In this document: positions 44,801 through 53,211 of the stretch, piece by piece | Position numbering within the stretch: position 1 is the stretch's first letter | Layout: the number at the start of each line of letters is the position of its first letter | Source: a phage | Assembly (NCBI GenBank): GCA_025284135.1 | Contig: GCA_025284135.1_3646.1 | DNA length: 64,000 bases | Reading direction: 5' to 3' (one strand) | Notes under the pieces: generated by a model | What the model was told of the DNA's origin: nothing | Seen by the model: only the letters and a program-made list of their open reading frames with translations | Database searches by the model: none | Translations under genes and position numbers: made by a program

Positions 44801-47463
44801 TGCTGAGATCAAACATGGATGGGACATCCATGTCTATGCAAGTTCCAGTAACAAACGGGTACAAACGTGTTGTGATGATCATTAAGTGCGACTTAATAGG
44901 TAAGCAAGTTCTTGCAGAAAACGGAACCTCAACACATTTATTCGAGACTGCTCTGCATTATCAGTTTGCTGATTCACCTTTTGCAGGGGATAAGAGAATA
45001 TCTGATACAGACAATGCTCGATGCAAGAAATTTATGCTTGGTGGTGGATGGTGGTGGTATGAATTTGATTTAACAGACAAATTCACTGACACGTCTAAAG
45101 TGGTGACAGGGCTTCGTCTAGATCTTGGCGAAAACATGCACAAAAGTGTTTGTGATGGCACCTACGGTGACCCAACAATCTACTTAAAGTATGTTTCTTT
45201 TGAGCACCCAGAGGATGTCGTTTATGGTCCAAAACTGAGACTGTTTGGCAATTGGATTGCTAAAGACAGGGCAGGTATGGGTAAAAAGGTAAGAGGGTTC
45301 TTAGTGGATGCAGGAACAGAAGACATGTTGGTTAATGCAGTGTGGCCTGAATTACCGGGAACTCAGTGGGACAACTCTGCTAAATCTATAAACTGGTTCA
45401 ACATTCACAGAGCTATGTGGACAACTAACTGCTACCTGTGGAAAGAGTTGAATGACGGCGCTTTCGGGTTTACAGGTGGCAGAAGAATGGCAATCATCTG
45501 CTGGACAACGCTGCAAAGATGTTATGACCATGACTACGAGATTGGAGGTAGGGCATGGAAAAATATTAGAGATAGAATCATAACTAACTTCGCAGACCCT
45601 AATGGTGGTGGAGCGTATGGCTTCGACTGCAGCAGGCTCATCCATTTGAACGGGTCCTCTGCATATAAGAAAGAGGGTTACTCTGGGTCCATGATTGAGT
45701 GGGGTCTGGTGAAAGATGCTCGCGTATTGATGGGTCAACAACTTGCTGCTGCAATAGGACCGAACGCAGTACAATCTGTTAAACCAGCGTGGTTCGATAT
45801 CCCATTATGGTCCTCTGGAACACCAGGAACTGCTGTGATCAACCCTACCACTGGGGATCTGGAAATCTCTTGGGAGGACTTGAAGCAGGTCGGTGGTTGG
45901 GACAAAACAGGGTATCAGGTTCAATGGTGGAGGGCTGATGGATCTTTAGCCGCTGATGAGTTTGTTAGGGACAATTTCTACACCATGTCCTCTGCAAAAG
46001 CACAACAACTGTTCGGTCAGGCTACCCCGTCAACGATCACCATGTCCATGTGCTGTAAAGACAACAGGACTGGAGCTTTGGGGCCAAGGGTTGCTAAAGT
46101 TTTCTCAGGTATCAAATGGAATCTTCCTGTTCAAAGTGTTGCATGGAAGCAAATAGGTGATAACAAGCTGCTGGTTACTCCTGCTTGTCAGTTCAACGCA
46201 ACTCTTAACGTTGATCCTGCTGTTGCGGCAAACTCAGCTAAAGCTTCTGACTTCTCTGTGTCTAACACTGCTATGGCAGATGTGAGGAAGATTGACACGC
46301 TGAACGCCAGAATTACCTGTAAAAACACTTATGGCACATTCCAGATCATCAACAACTTCACAGACGCGGACTCTAAGGTAGTGAGGACAGCAAGCCAGAC
46401 TCTGAGTTTAGGAACTCTGGCCTATGCGGCCCTGATCACTGAACAGTCAGCAACACTCCAAGGGGGTGGTGTAGGCAAGTCCATTACAACACCTGTGTGG
46501 AAGCCAAATGAGTGGGTTGTGTTTGATTTGACTGTAGACTTCTCCAGCGATAATAACTGGACATGGGTAAGGAATTGTTTGTCACAGTTGATGGGCGGTC
46601 CAAGCTCCATTAGCGATAGTCACGACTCTACTGACCCGAGTGTGTTCCAGGTAGGCAAAACTCACCCGGAGACTGGAGCAACGTTGCCTGACAGGAAGTA
46701 TGCTTTGGTTTGCATCTCTTACGGGAAGGCAGATGTCACCTTCTCAGGGACACACACTTATAACGGAACCTACAATTTCTCAAGGAAGTATAGTCTCAAA
46801 GCGGGAAACATTGTAGACGAGGTTGGTGTGCTGTATAATCCTGGCAACGGCATAGGGATTGTGGGTGGTAAACTGCAGATGCAGGAACCTTCTATTACCC
46901 CTTCCAATGTGTCTGGGATTAGAAAGACTTGGGAAAGCAGTAATACCAACATTGCAACAGTGGATGCTACCACAGGGCTGGTAACATTTAAAGCTACTGG
47001 GAATGTCACCATAAAGTTTGTAGTTACTGATGATGCAGGGCGCAAAACGTCTTCAACATCGTTTACTGTCAGACAGATGGCACCTCAGTGGTTTATTTGG
47101 GAAGGAAATCCTCTTGACGGGACTTACCCTAGACCTGCAGGAACGTCCAATATGAGGGTCTTTACCGGTCCGGTCATGGACAATCCGACCACAACCACCA
47201 ACCCTACATTTTTTGGTGCTTACATACCTGAAATTATTGGCCTACCAAGGAACCAGATACAACTGCTTTTCGGAGCAGGTGTTGATGGCCTAGCCACTTT
47301 TGGGTACAGTGACAACATCGATGCAGCCAGAAGCTCGGGTTGGATTGGATTTAAGTTCCAGTGGAACCCTGGTGGTAGAACATTAGGTCTTGCAAGCATA
47401 GGTGTTATGCTACCTGGTAACCAGCAATACCATCTCGAAGCTTATACAAACTTCCCTAGTTAA
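41839..47463 (+). CDS. giant structural protein (1874 aa) with RCC1-like repeats and C-terminal Ig-like (Big_2-like) domain; probable adhesin/fibre
   Basis: N-terminal repeated Gly-rich blades (ITGYNKFGECRTGD, LYGSGNNTYGSLHVD, FYGQDVWGDDTWR) resembling RCC1/beta-propeller repeats; C-terminal SNVSGIRKTWESSNTNIATVDATTGLVTFKATGNVTIKFVVTDDAGRKTSSTSFTV resembles bacterial Ig-like group 2 domains; last gene of the plus-strand structural block. Confidence 0.45.
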   Translation: MLPIPLLKLGRHFLDKRGGIKELAVLSYPIDNSDGTSTTVSYVNSLAILFDDGQLNITGYNKFGECRTGDRNPINYPSETAWNVDHVWRADRAFVIRTFDNQFFYIGCTAGLIGSDAAGGNDVCVREWTPLPEQIVKGLHLDTHPERLVEVMGGINNTVWVIAEAEGTGILNLYGSGNNTYGSLHVDKNQHATPVKIGETSENPETGPWKNPSINCEVHDNSVIFGGPRGFWIAGYDFLRNNSRNDLVWPPVQITRNDLRGIPADEEWKGFMCGPNGAIIATQRMHTPNDQQLVNVFYGQDVWGDDTWRSLNITYTHEVIMARGYGTSGIFFNNGTKQYRGFSRNLCNDIGAQSANNSPRANFIHYRALATAKYVEQRLPVSWTESVYFQGIHREGFLGTFTVVNGKLWWSGIPRGSFAGSNNLFGGRLNSQGFTEVPENWYKNVPVDSWGVDDIFDVNGVSSVSNIYIGDTVKMKLKPQPEGATFIIDKIELVNAAGTVVTDANYQFSTNWNHGGANEVVVTQYNRNVNRRGLYSVKITYHDKHGTGRTHTTRTLNWNTIVPAYPSNGKWHTVGRNKQFHVNNTVYFGLNGAQPVVEGDTAYMVRLHRMDAGSATYDVTQEIYDQRRNTYNNLVQTQAVWEFNPNGRGGKMLQVNEQNGTSLTVHEHPDPWRDPGKPNPGARTLKIVSHDVGYFGIRWEATVRYADGTTNNIGITLGGTSEDNSLKIAYTPRGISIDSMDVVRNGYGDVNVKVTLGEHLGGERIIMYAFDHDPRTNGTYADQAWSYLISAPEPNTKEFYYGMKRDVCKKTGTHDWIAICVKDERTAWDEPVNRWFIGIPARSDKYVEEYIVCMGGTNLNLCWNEDANKYSDYDYMRDYSCNQWFNQPGYADRQARVNPAIFTDTQVFLTKQANEVQTFKNKYDPNKWFYNCYGAFFWGPGELPNGGSCFEAATYASDRFMGQVKKYKIIPGPETLGNAVDPYIVMTVLRSNMDGTSMSMQVPVTNGYKRVVMIIKCDLIGKQVLAENGTSTHLFETALHYQFADSPFAGDKRISDTDNARCKKFMLGGGWWWYEFDLTDKFTDTSKVVTGLRLDLGENMHKSVCDGTYGDPTIYLKYVSFEHPEDVVYGPKLRLFGNWIAKDRAGMGKKVRGFLVDAGTEDMLVNAVWPELPGTQWDNSAKSINWFNIHRAMWTTNCYLWKELNDGAFGFTGGRRMAIICWTTLQRCYDHDYEIGGRAWKNIRDRIITNFADPNGGGAYGFDCSRLIHLNGSSAYKKEGYSGSMIEWGLVKDARVLMGQQLAAAIGPNAVQSVKPAWFDIPLWSSGTPGTAVINPTTGDLEISWEDLKQVGGWDKTGYQVQWWRADGSLAADEFVRDNFYTMSSAKAQQLFGQATPSTITMSMCCKDNRTGALGPRVAKVFSGIKWNLPVQSVAWKQIGDNKLLVTPACQFNATLNVDPAVAANSAKASDFSVSNTAMADVRKIDTLNARITCKNTYGTFQIINNFTDADSKVVRTASQTLSLGTLAYAALITEQSATLQGGGVGKSITTPVWKPNEWVVFDLTVDFSSDNNWTWVRNCLSQLMGGPSSISDSHDSTDPSVFQVGKTHPETGATLPDRKYALVCISYGKADVTFSGTHTYNGTYNFSRKYSLKAGNIVDEVGVLYNPGNGIGIVGGKLQMQEPSITPSNVSGIRKTWESSNTNIATVDATTGLVTFKATGNVTIKFVVTDDAGRKTSSTSFTVRQMAPQWFIWEGNPLDGTYPRPAGTSNMRVFTGPVMDNPTTTTNPTFFGAYIPEIIGLPRNQIQLLFGAGVDGLATFGYSDNIDAARSSGWIGFKFQWNPGGRTLGLASIGVMLPGNQQYHLEAYTNFPS

Positions 47464-47473
47464 CAGGAGGCAA

Positions 47474-47506
47474 ATAAAAAGGGGCCGTTTGGCCCCTTTC
47501 TTTTTA
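47474..47506. terminator. bidirectional intrinsic terminator between convergent transcription units
   Basis: GGGGCC-GTTT-GGCCCC hairpin flanked by A-run upstream and T-run downstream. Confidence 0.8.
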
Positions 47507-47509
47507 TAA

Positions 47510-47710
47510 TTAGTAATATTCCCAACACGACCCATCTTCAGACGGCTGGACACGCTTACCTTCATGATCGACATAGGTGTAACCACAGCCTTCACAGATA
47601 ACAGGTGCCGCGTAACCTTCCTTCCACTGCTTCTCCGTGATCAGTCCTTTCAGATCTCCGCAGTCACGACCAAACAACTCTTCAGAGCAATCTTTACAAA
47701 AATCAGCCAT
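47510..47710 (-). CDS. small zinc-ribbon protein
   Basis: 66 aa; two CxxC pairs (CKDC ... CEGC); GAGGA SD. Confidence 0.45.
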   Translation of the reverse strand: MADFCKDCSEELFGRDCGDLKGLITEKQWKEGYAAPVICEGCGYTYVDHEGKRVQPSEDGSCWEYY

Positions 47711-47713
47711 TTC

Positions 47714-48121
47714 TCAGTCCTCGCATTTAACAAATTTTTCTACAGATCCGCCAAGCACAGCTTGTTGCTTGATGGCACTTCCTTCATCATAGTGGATAGA
47801 TTTATGCTCCGTTCCACCAAACTTCCCTGTGTGGAAGGTGTGCACCCAAATCTCTTTGGGAAGGGATTTATTCTCTTCTTCCACCAACTCCCACATTCCC
47901 CATAGGTGATCTGTGATATCTCTGATGAAATATCCCTCGCCGAGGTTTGTATTCACACTATAGGCCGATTCGTGAACTGGGTGAGTATAACGGAAGGCAG
48001 TGTACTCTTTTCCCGGTGTGAAGTGGGTATCCATTAGTATAGCTGTTAAAGAATAAGGGTCTCGAAAGCCCAAGAACTTTAGTTTAACAATTTCGACATT
48101 CACACTTGCAAGATTCTCCAT
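47714..48121 (-). CDS. hypothetical protein (135 aa)
   Basis: ORF with compact spacing in minus-strand operon; His-rich (HTFHTGKFGGTEH) but no assignable motif. Confidence 0.4.
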   Translation of the reverse strand: MENLASVNVEIVKLKFLGFRDPYSLTAILMDTHFTPGKEYTAFRYTHPVHESAYSVNTNLGEGYFIRDITDHLWGMWELVEEENKSLPKEIWVHTFHTGKFGGTEHKSIHYDEGSAIKQQAVLGGSVEKFVKCED

Positions 48122-48150
48122 GACAGTCTCCTCTGTTCGGTTGGTGAGAT

Positions 48151-48179
48151 AATCCTATACAAATCTGGTATTGGTGTCA
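48151..48179 (-). promoter_or_regulatory. candidate sigma70-type promoter on minus strand (TTGACA-N17-TAGGAT)
   Basis: Read on minus strand in the 164-nt gap upstream of gene 47714-48121; -10 is weak. Confidence 0.3.
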
Positions 48180-48257
48180 AGCTTAATTTTAAGAGATCTG
48201 AGATGGTATTTTATTCAGGAAGGCAATCGCACAGGGTGTGGCAATTTATGAAGGCAC

Positions 48258-48275
48258 AGGCCTCTTTTGAGGCCT
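48258..48275. other. perfect 7-bp hairpin AGGCCTC-TTTT-GAGGCCT in intergenic gap
   Basis: Seen directly; no adjacent U-run on either strand, so not a canonical terminator. Confidence 0.3.
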
Positions 48276-48284
48276 TAAAATCGA

Positions 48285-48665
48285 TTATGACACTTTGACG
48301 TAGCGCTCTGACAGAGCTGGAAAGCCAAAAGCAGTACCTATACTGCCGTATGCTACCCACCATTGAAGTTCATCGTGACACCATTTTCCGATCAGGAAGA
48401 TGCTGGGGTATCGGGTCAGTATTTTGGCATAAGCTTTAGGGTCTGCATCTTCTGGGATAATGATACTTGGAACATCTTTGTTATGACCACAGCAGCAGTT
48501 TAGAGTTTTCAATCCTGCCGCCCATAGACTCATGATAGGCTTAGCCATGCACTTATCAAGGCACACACGTTTTTTGCCGTCACGGAGCTTTTTAGGCACA
48601 TCAACGATAACATTTTGATGCTTGGCACCTTTCACTTTCCAATTATAGGATTTACACTTGCACAT
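48285..48665 (-). CDS. Cys-rich putative zinc-binding protein (nuclease-like?)
   Basis: 126 aa; CKCK...C-x3-C...CCCGHN cysteine/histidine clusters; family not identifiable by eye. Confidence 0.4.
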   Translation of the reverse strand: MCKCKSYNWKVKGAKHQNVIVDVPKKLRDGKKRVCLDKCMAKPIMSLWAAGLKTLNCCCGHNKDVPSIIIPEDADPKAYAKILTRYPSIFLIGKWCHDELQWWVAYGSIGTAFGFPALSERYVKVS

Positions 48666-48686
48666 TTAATCAGTCTCCATCTAGAA

Positions 48687-48866
48687 AGCAATACTTTACT
48701 TAAAATCTTTGTCACCTATTACGATTGCACGAATCCACTCATTGTGATGTTCGATGGCGGTAAGGTGCAACATAATGCAGTGATTGTCATTACCAAACAC
48801 GGTGCGGTAAGCTTTAGCAGCACCATGATATAACTTCCACATCAGGTAATGATATCTTCGCCTCAT
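48687..48866 (-). CDS. small ORF (59 aa), below the track length cutoff
   Basis: My own translation of the minus strand: MRRRYHYLMWKLYHGAAKAYRTVFGNDNHCIMLHLTAIEHHNEWIRAIVIGDKDFK; start ATG overlaps the stop of upstream gene (ATGA), suggesting translational coupling; fills an otherwise 198-nt gap. Confidence 0.3.
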
Positions 48867-49342
48867 GGCTCTTTCTCCGGTTCAGGATCTGGGTAATCTT
48901 CAATAATAAAAGGCCATCCATTACGCTTTGCTTCAGACTTATACTTAATCTCCTTCATTGCAAACTCTAATTGATTCTTAGCCGGAATACATGCCGGAGA
49001 ATCATCAATCCAGATATCTGGGTAGATATCAAACTGCGCCAGATAGGCTGCCTTCTGAACACCTCCAGTATAAAACACACCAACATCAAGCTCCTTGCGC
49101 CAATACTCAATGTCTACATTGTCTTGAGTAATGAATCGGAAAGTCACAAGGTAGACTGCCCACCCCTCCTTCTTCAGATCTCTGATCAGGCGGGAGAAGA
49201 TGAAAGGACTCGCATTAAATGTTCCATCAAAGTCAATGGCAATGATGTGCGTTCCGTGGCGAGTCTCATATGGATTGCTTGTGGTAAGATTGCTGTAGTT
49301 AAAAGGGACCTCTTCCCCGCAGTAGCTGTAGTCCATATTCAC
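48863..49342 (-). CDS. HAD-superfamily phosphatase (putative nucleotidase/phosphoesterase)
   Basis: 159 aa; HAD motif I DxDGT in HIIAIDFDGTFN; additional downstream Asp-rich motifs (IWIDDSP). Confidence 0.55.
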   Translation of the reverse strand: MNMDYSYCGEEVPFNYSNLTTSNPYETRHGTHIIAIDFDGTFNASPFIFSRLIRDLKKEGWAVYLVTFRFITQDNVDIEYWRKELDVGVFYTGGVQKAAYLAQFDIYPDIWIDDSPACIPAKNQLEFAMKEIKYKSEAKRNGWPFIIEDYPDPEPEKEP

Positions 49343-49614
49343 ACCTTCTCGTTGATAAATTTACGGGCGGTTTGGTGAGTTGTTTCTGCTGTCTTCAGAA
49401 TGATATTAATTTTATCGTCAAGATCATTCATCTCAGCAGTTAATTCAGGAATCTCCCCGGCATGCATGGTGAAATCATACATAGACATGCCCAGGATCTC
49501 ATTGATTCGGCGGTTGCATTCTGCAGCACGTTGGTTCATTTTCCAAGCTAACACCAGAGCCTCTTGCGTAGCCTCCAGTGCAAAGTCTAATACGTCGGCT
49601 TCTTCTTTCGTCAT
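49339..49614 (-). CDS. hypothetical acidic protein (91 aa)
   Basis: ORF with tight operon spacing; no motif. Confidence 0.4.
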   Translation of the reverse strand: MTKEEADVLDFALEATQEALVLAWKMNQRAAECNRRINEILGMSMYDFTMHAGEIPELTAEMNDLDDKINIILKTAETTHQTARKFINEKV

Positions 49615-49669
49615 CTCAGTCTCTCTTGTTGTATTGTTAGTAGGTGCATGAACACCTTATATCTTACTT

Positions 49670-50236
49670 TTATTCAAACTGCAATAGCAAGTCCACCACC
49701 GCACTAGGCCTGTCAACAAATTCCCCAGGCCCACATGCCCATAGAGGGTATCCATCAACATACCGCCATATCCAACCTGCAGTGTGAAGTTCAAGCAGGG
49801 CAGTGCCGTCCTTACTGTCAACCACCCTTTCCCACAGTGTTGGGCAGCGAAGCTTGAGAATCGGGTCCCCGCCCTTATACCCATCCATGTAGATACCCAT
49901 TGCAAAGTTCAGCATCATCTTTTTGTGCACTGATCTCTTATTGAGAGTGCTCATCACTTCCTCTTTGTGAATGTTTGTAAGCTTCTCTCTGGCTACCCGC
50001 AGATCGTTGCAACCATTGTTCAGAAGATCTTCCAGGCACTTGATCCGAAGGTCGTGAATGTCTTTGTCGTGTACCGTTGGCACAGGGTCGTAGCGGTATA
50101 GCACTGTTGATACAAGATTGCTCGGGTGTGGGTCTGACAGCAACCCATAACCCCAATACTCTTCTGTATCTGAAAGGACAAGACACCCAATATCTCTGTC
50201 AAGCTTTCCTGTGTTGTAAGCCACATTGACAGCCAT
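49670..50236 (-). CDS. hypothetical protein (188 aa)
   Basis: ORF in minus-strand operon; no motif recognised. Confidence 0.4.
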   Translation of the reverse strand: MAVNVAYNTGKLDRDIGCLVLSDTEEYWGYGLLSDPHPSNLVSTVLYRYDPVPTVHDKDIHDLRIKCLEDLLNNGCNDLRVAREKLTNIHKEEVMSTLNKRSVHKKMMLNFAMGIYMDGYKGGDPILKLRCPTLWERVVDSKDGTALLELHTAGWIWRYVDGYPLWACGPGEFVDRPSAVVDLLLQFE

Positions 50237-50238
50237 GG

Positions 50239-50484
50239 CTATAGCTCCACTAGCAAAGTGCTTTCAAAGTGCCGTTCATGCAAACCGTTGTAAGGGACCA
50301 CTTCTACAACGCCATCACGGACATATGGGGCCATCATGGTGGTATAATCTCCAAACGGGTTGGTATTGTCACTAACCACAACCACCTTCTGCCCTTCCTT
50401 GGCAGAGTGCCAAATAGATCTGCACTTCATCAGGTGTTCGAGAGCTCCAGGTAAAATTTTGTTACGTTCTTTACGGGTCTTCAT
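50239..50484 (-). CDS. hypothetical protein (81 aa)
   Basis: ORF with tight operon spacing. Confidence 0.4.
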   Translation of the reverse strand: MKTRKERNKILPGALEHLMKCRSIWHSAKEGQKVVVVSDNTNPFGDYTTMMAPYVRDGVVEVVPYNGLHERHFESTLLVEL

Positions 50485-50930
50485 AACAGATATAGCTCCT
50501 TATGAAAGTGGTCTTTTAATTTCTCACTGAGAAACTTCTTGATACCTTCCTCTAAAGTGTTTTCGATGTAGTCCAGCTTAACTGCCTCGATGGACATATC
50601 ATAGATCGCCAGCTCTAAGCTGTCAAGTCCCATCATAGCATGAACCATAAGATTTTCATCTTCAGATACATTCAGGGGACTCCCTATAACATCTGTAGGT
50701 AGGATAGTTTCCCAATTATTCTGGGGGGTAGTTCTCCCGCCATCCACTTTACGGCGCAGTTCGAAGGTGTTTTTAGTGTAGAACACTTCATAGGAAACGA
50801 TACGACTGTCGCTCTCATAATAAACGAAGTTCAGGTAGGAGCCTAGCCGCAGTCGGCAAACTTCTACCCCAAACCATTGTTTCTTATAAGAATTCAGGCT
50901 AATGCTGTCGCATTCACGCTTGCTCAACAC
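50481..50930 (-). CDS. hypothetical protein (149 aa)
   Basis: ORF overlapping neighbour by 4 nt. Confidence 0.4.
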   Translation of the reverse strand: MLSKRECDSISLNSYKKQWFGVEVCRLRLGSYLNFVYYESDSRIVSYEVFYTKNTFELRRKVDGGRTTPQNNWETILPTDVIGSPLNVSEDENLMVHAMMGLDSLELAIYDMSIEAVKLDYIENTLEEGIKKFLSEKLKDHFHKELYLL

Positions 50931-50946
50931 GGCTATCTCCTTTTTG

Positions 50947-51180
50947 TTAATCTTCGTAAATCAGGATTTCTGCTTTAGGTTTTCGTGCTTTCAGGTCCAG
51001 CTCTATCCAGTGCACCATAGCTGTTTCAAGAAAAACAGCTTGGATGCATCCGTCCTCAGCGTGCCCCACCAACATAACAAGATCTTCACATTCGTCATCT
51101 GCATCACGAACATACAGAATCTCTCCAGATTCAAAGTCTTTCACAACCTGATTGCTGGATAATTTACGAATTTTTGCCAT
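50947..51180 (-). CDS. hypothetical acidic protein (77 aa)
   Basis: ORF; net negative charge. Confidence 0.4.
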   Translation of the reverse strand: MAKIRKLSSNQVVKDFESGEILYVRDADDECEDLVMLVGHAEDGCIQAVFLETAMVHWIELDLKARKPKAEILIYED

Positions 51181-51181
51181 A

Positions 51182-51445
51182 TCAGAAACCCTCTAAAAAG
51201 CTCTTGTAGAAAATAATTTCAGTGTCCACACCTGTCACGATCTTATCGTTTCGGATCTCATCTGTGAGGTAGGTATCGAAACGTAGTACTTGTGTGGTAT
51301 TGTCACACATCCACTCAGCTGTGACCATTGCGAAAATCTTAGCATCTTCATTATCTGGTGTGAATGTTACCACCTCGCCGCACTTAAACTTTTCGATAGG
51401 TTGAGTGTTAGCTTTCGGTTCTGCGATAGTGATTTTCGTGGTCAT
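51182..51445 (-). CDS. hypothetical protein (87 aa)
   Basis: ORF with 1-nt spacing to neighbours. Confidence 0.4.
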   Translation of the reverse strand: MTTKITIAEPKANTQPIEKFKCGEVVTFTPDNEDAKIFAMVTAEWMCDNTTQVLRFDTYLTDEIRNDKIVTGVDTEIIFYKSFLEGF

Positions 51446-51711
51446 TACTCTTCCTCCATAGTTTCACCAAATACTTCGATACGAGCATCGAGCTCGGTTG
51501 CTTTCAGCTCCCCAACAAAATCTTTTAGTTCTTTCTCGTCCAGATCGTAAGCCCACACACAAGAAGAACATGCAGATTTCACAATCAGCAGAGTAGATAC
51601 CTGTCCTGACTCTGTAATCAGGCTCACAACAGTTCCCACAGGGAACGTGTTGAGAGCTTTTTTAACCGGGCGCTCAGCTTTAATTACTACCTCTGTTGCC
51701 ATAAATAACAC
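51445..51711 (-). CDS. hypothetical acidic protein (88 aa)
   Basis: ORF; acidic C-terminus (GETMEEE). Confidence 0.4.
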   Translation of the reverse strand: MLFMATEVVIKAERPVKKALNTFPVGTVVSLITESGQVSTLLIVKSACSSCVWAYDLDEKELKDFVGELKATELDARIEVFGETMEEE

Positions 51712-51717
51712 CCTTTC

Positions 51718-53199
51718 TTACTTAGCGTACTCGATTAATTCCACAGTTTTCCCAAAGCTCGGGATATAATTTTTATTATACCCTTCGGTGAGAACCCACA
51801 AAGTATCGTACTTTTTCCACTTGTTGTCAACAGCCTTTTGTTCAAAGTTATGCTCAAAGTATAGGTCGGTCAGGACGATGACATCTTTTGCATTCGGTAT
51901 GTTGGCATCCAAATACTCGAACACGCAAGCAGCTGTTGTGCCCCATGTTGAGTGGACCTCATAGTTGATCATCTCGTCTATGTTGCCGCGAGTATATACT
52001 TTAACCTCTCCGACTTCAGTTGACCAACAGAACATTGTAACCTTAAACTCTTTATACAGGTTGCACAATCCGGTGATTTCATTGAACATTTTCTTTAAAG
52101 TTCTTTGAGAGATCGAGCCAGAAACGTCTAAAGCCACCACAATATCTATAGTGTTTTCCGGATTACGACCCGGAACAATAACGTGTTGGTTCTTGTTTAT
52201 AGCTCCAACTTTTCGCATTGTGCTGGTCAAAGACCCAGATCGGCGACCAGGTTTTCTGTAGGTCAGTTCGGCCTTTCGTTTAGACAACATGCGTTGCTTG
52301 ATGATGTCTATATAATTGATTACAGGCTTACCTCTGTTCTTGACAAACTCACGAACCGCCTCAGGGCAACGACCTCCGGAAGCTTGCATTGCTGCCTCCA
52401 GCATGTCACCAGAGTCCTGCATGGCCTGATCTTTATCAGATTGGCTGATTACAGGTTGTGGCTGATCATACCCCATAGCCTTTCCAAGATCATCACTAGT
52501 GCCACCGTTCCCACTCATGTGATCATCGGTTTGTCGCTTATCACCTTGAGAGTTCTCACCTTTACCGTTCTTACTTTTACCGTTATTTTGATCTCTTTGC
52601 TTATCAAGAACTGCATAAACGTTCTCAGCAATCCATCCATGAAACTTCATGTCGCAGTAGCAGCTGGCTAAGAAGCCAAAAGGCTTACCTTTTACGAACG
52701 TAGTGCTTTTCCCTTTTGGGAAGAAAACACAAGGAGGCTTGCTAAAGTCAACCACAAGGCCTGTGTTGATGACGTGATCACAAGCAATGTTGAACAGTTC
52801 CGGTTCAAAGCTTTTACCACGGACCAGGTGATCACAGATAATATGTCCCACCTCATGTGACAGAAGAAAGGCCACCTCTTTCACAGATTTGGGGGAATAG
52901 AAAACCTCAGCCATCTCAAACTGCCCGTCAGTTAGAGAAGCCTTAAGAATAGCCTTGCGTTCATCAGCCAACCCCATAATGAACTCAGGACTGTAATAGA
53001 TGCGTTTATGGTCGGTTGCCATGGTGGAGCACCATGTGTGGTTTTCTACGAACTGCAACCCTGACAGTAGCGTGCCATAAAACGGCAGCTTTTCAAGAAG
53101 ATACATACGTGCAGCTTGCAACATTCTCAGGGCATCATCTTTCTGTGAGGCAATGATTTCTGAACTTCTGCTATCCATTAAAACTCCAGAAGGGGCCAT
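51718..53199 (-). CDS. putative zinc metallopeptidase domain + von Willebrand factor A (vWA) domain protein (DUF2201-like)
   Basis: 493 aa; HExxH motif in LLSHEVGHIICDH with downstream ACDHVINTGL; C-terminal vWA-like MIDAS motif DxSGS in VVALDVSGSIS; more likely start is the second in-frame ATG at 53178 (GGAG SD) because the first ATG sits inside a GC hairpin. Confidence 0.65.
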   Translation of the reverse strand: MAPSGVLMDSRSSEIIASQKDDALRMLQAARMYLLEKLPFYGTLLSGLQFVENHTWCSTMATDHKRIYYSPEFIMGLADERKAILKASLTDGQFEMAEVFYSPKSVKEVAFLLSHEVGHIICDHLVRGKSFEPELFNIACDHVINTGLVVDFSKPPCVFFPKGKSTTFVKGKPFGFLASCYCDMKFHGWIAENVYAVLDKQRDQNNGKSKNGKGENSQGDKRQTDDHMSGNGGTSDDLGKAMGYDQPQPVISQSDKDQAMQDSGDMLEAAMQASGGRCPEAVREFVKNRGKPVINYIDIIKQRMLSKRKAELTYRKPGRRSGSLTSTMRKVGAINKNQHVIVPGRNPENTIDIVVALDVSGSISQRTLKKMFNEITGLCNLYKEFKVTMFCWSTEVGEVKVYTRGNIDEMINYEVHSTWGTTAACVFEYLDANIPNAKDVIVLTDLYFEHNFEQKAVDNKWKKYDTLWVLTEGYNKNYIPSFGKTVELIEYAK

Positions 53200-53211
53200 T
53201 GGCCCCTGTCA

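Noticed and set aside
48615-48833. Plus-strand 72-aa ORF in the minus-strand operon gap
   Set aside because: Opposite orientation to the surrounding operon with no promoter or SD; the gap is better explained by the minus-strand 59-aa ORF 48687-48866
53192-53206. GGGGCC-ATT-GGCCCC hairpin as a strong minus-strand terminator
   Set aside because: 3-nt loop and no clean U-run; it overlaps the first ATG of the vWA-peptidase gene, so it more likely only indicates that the true start is the downstream ATG at 53178
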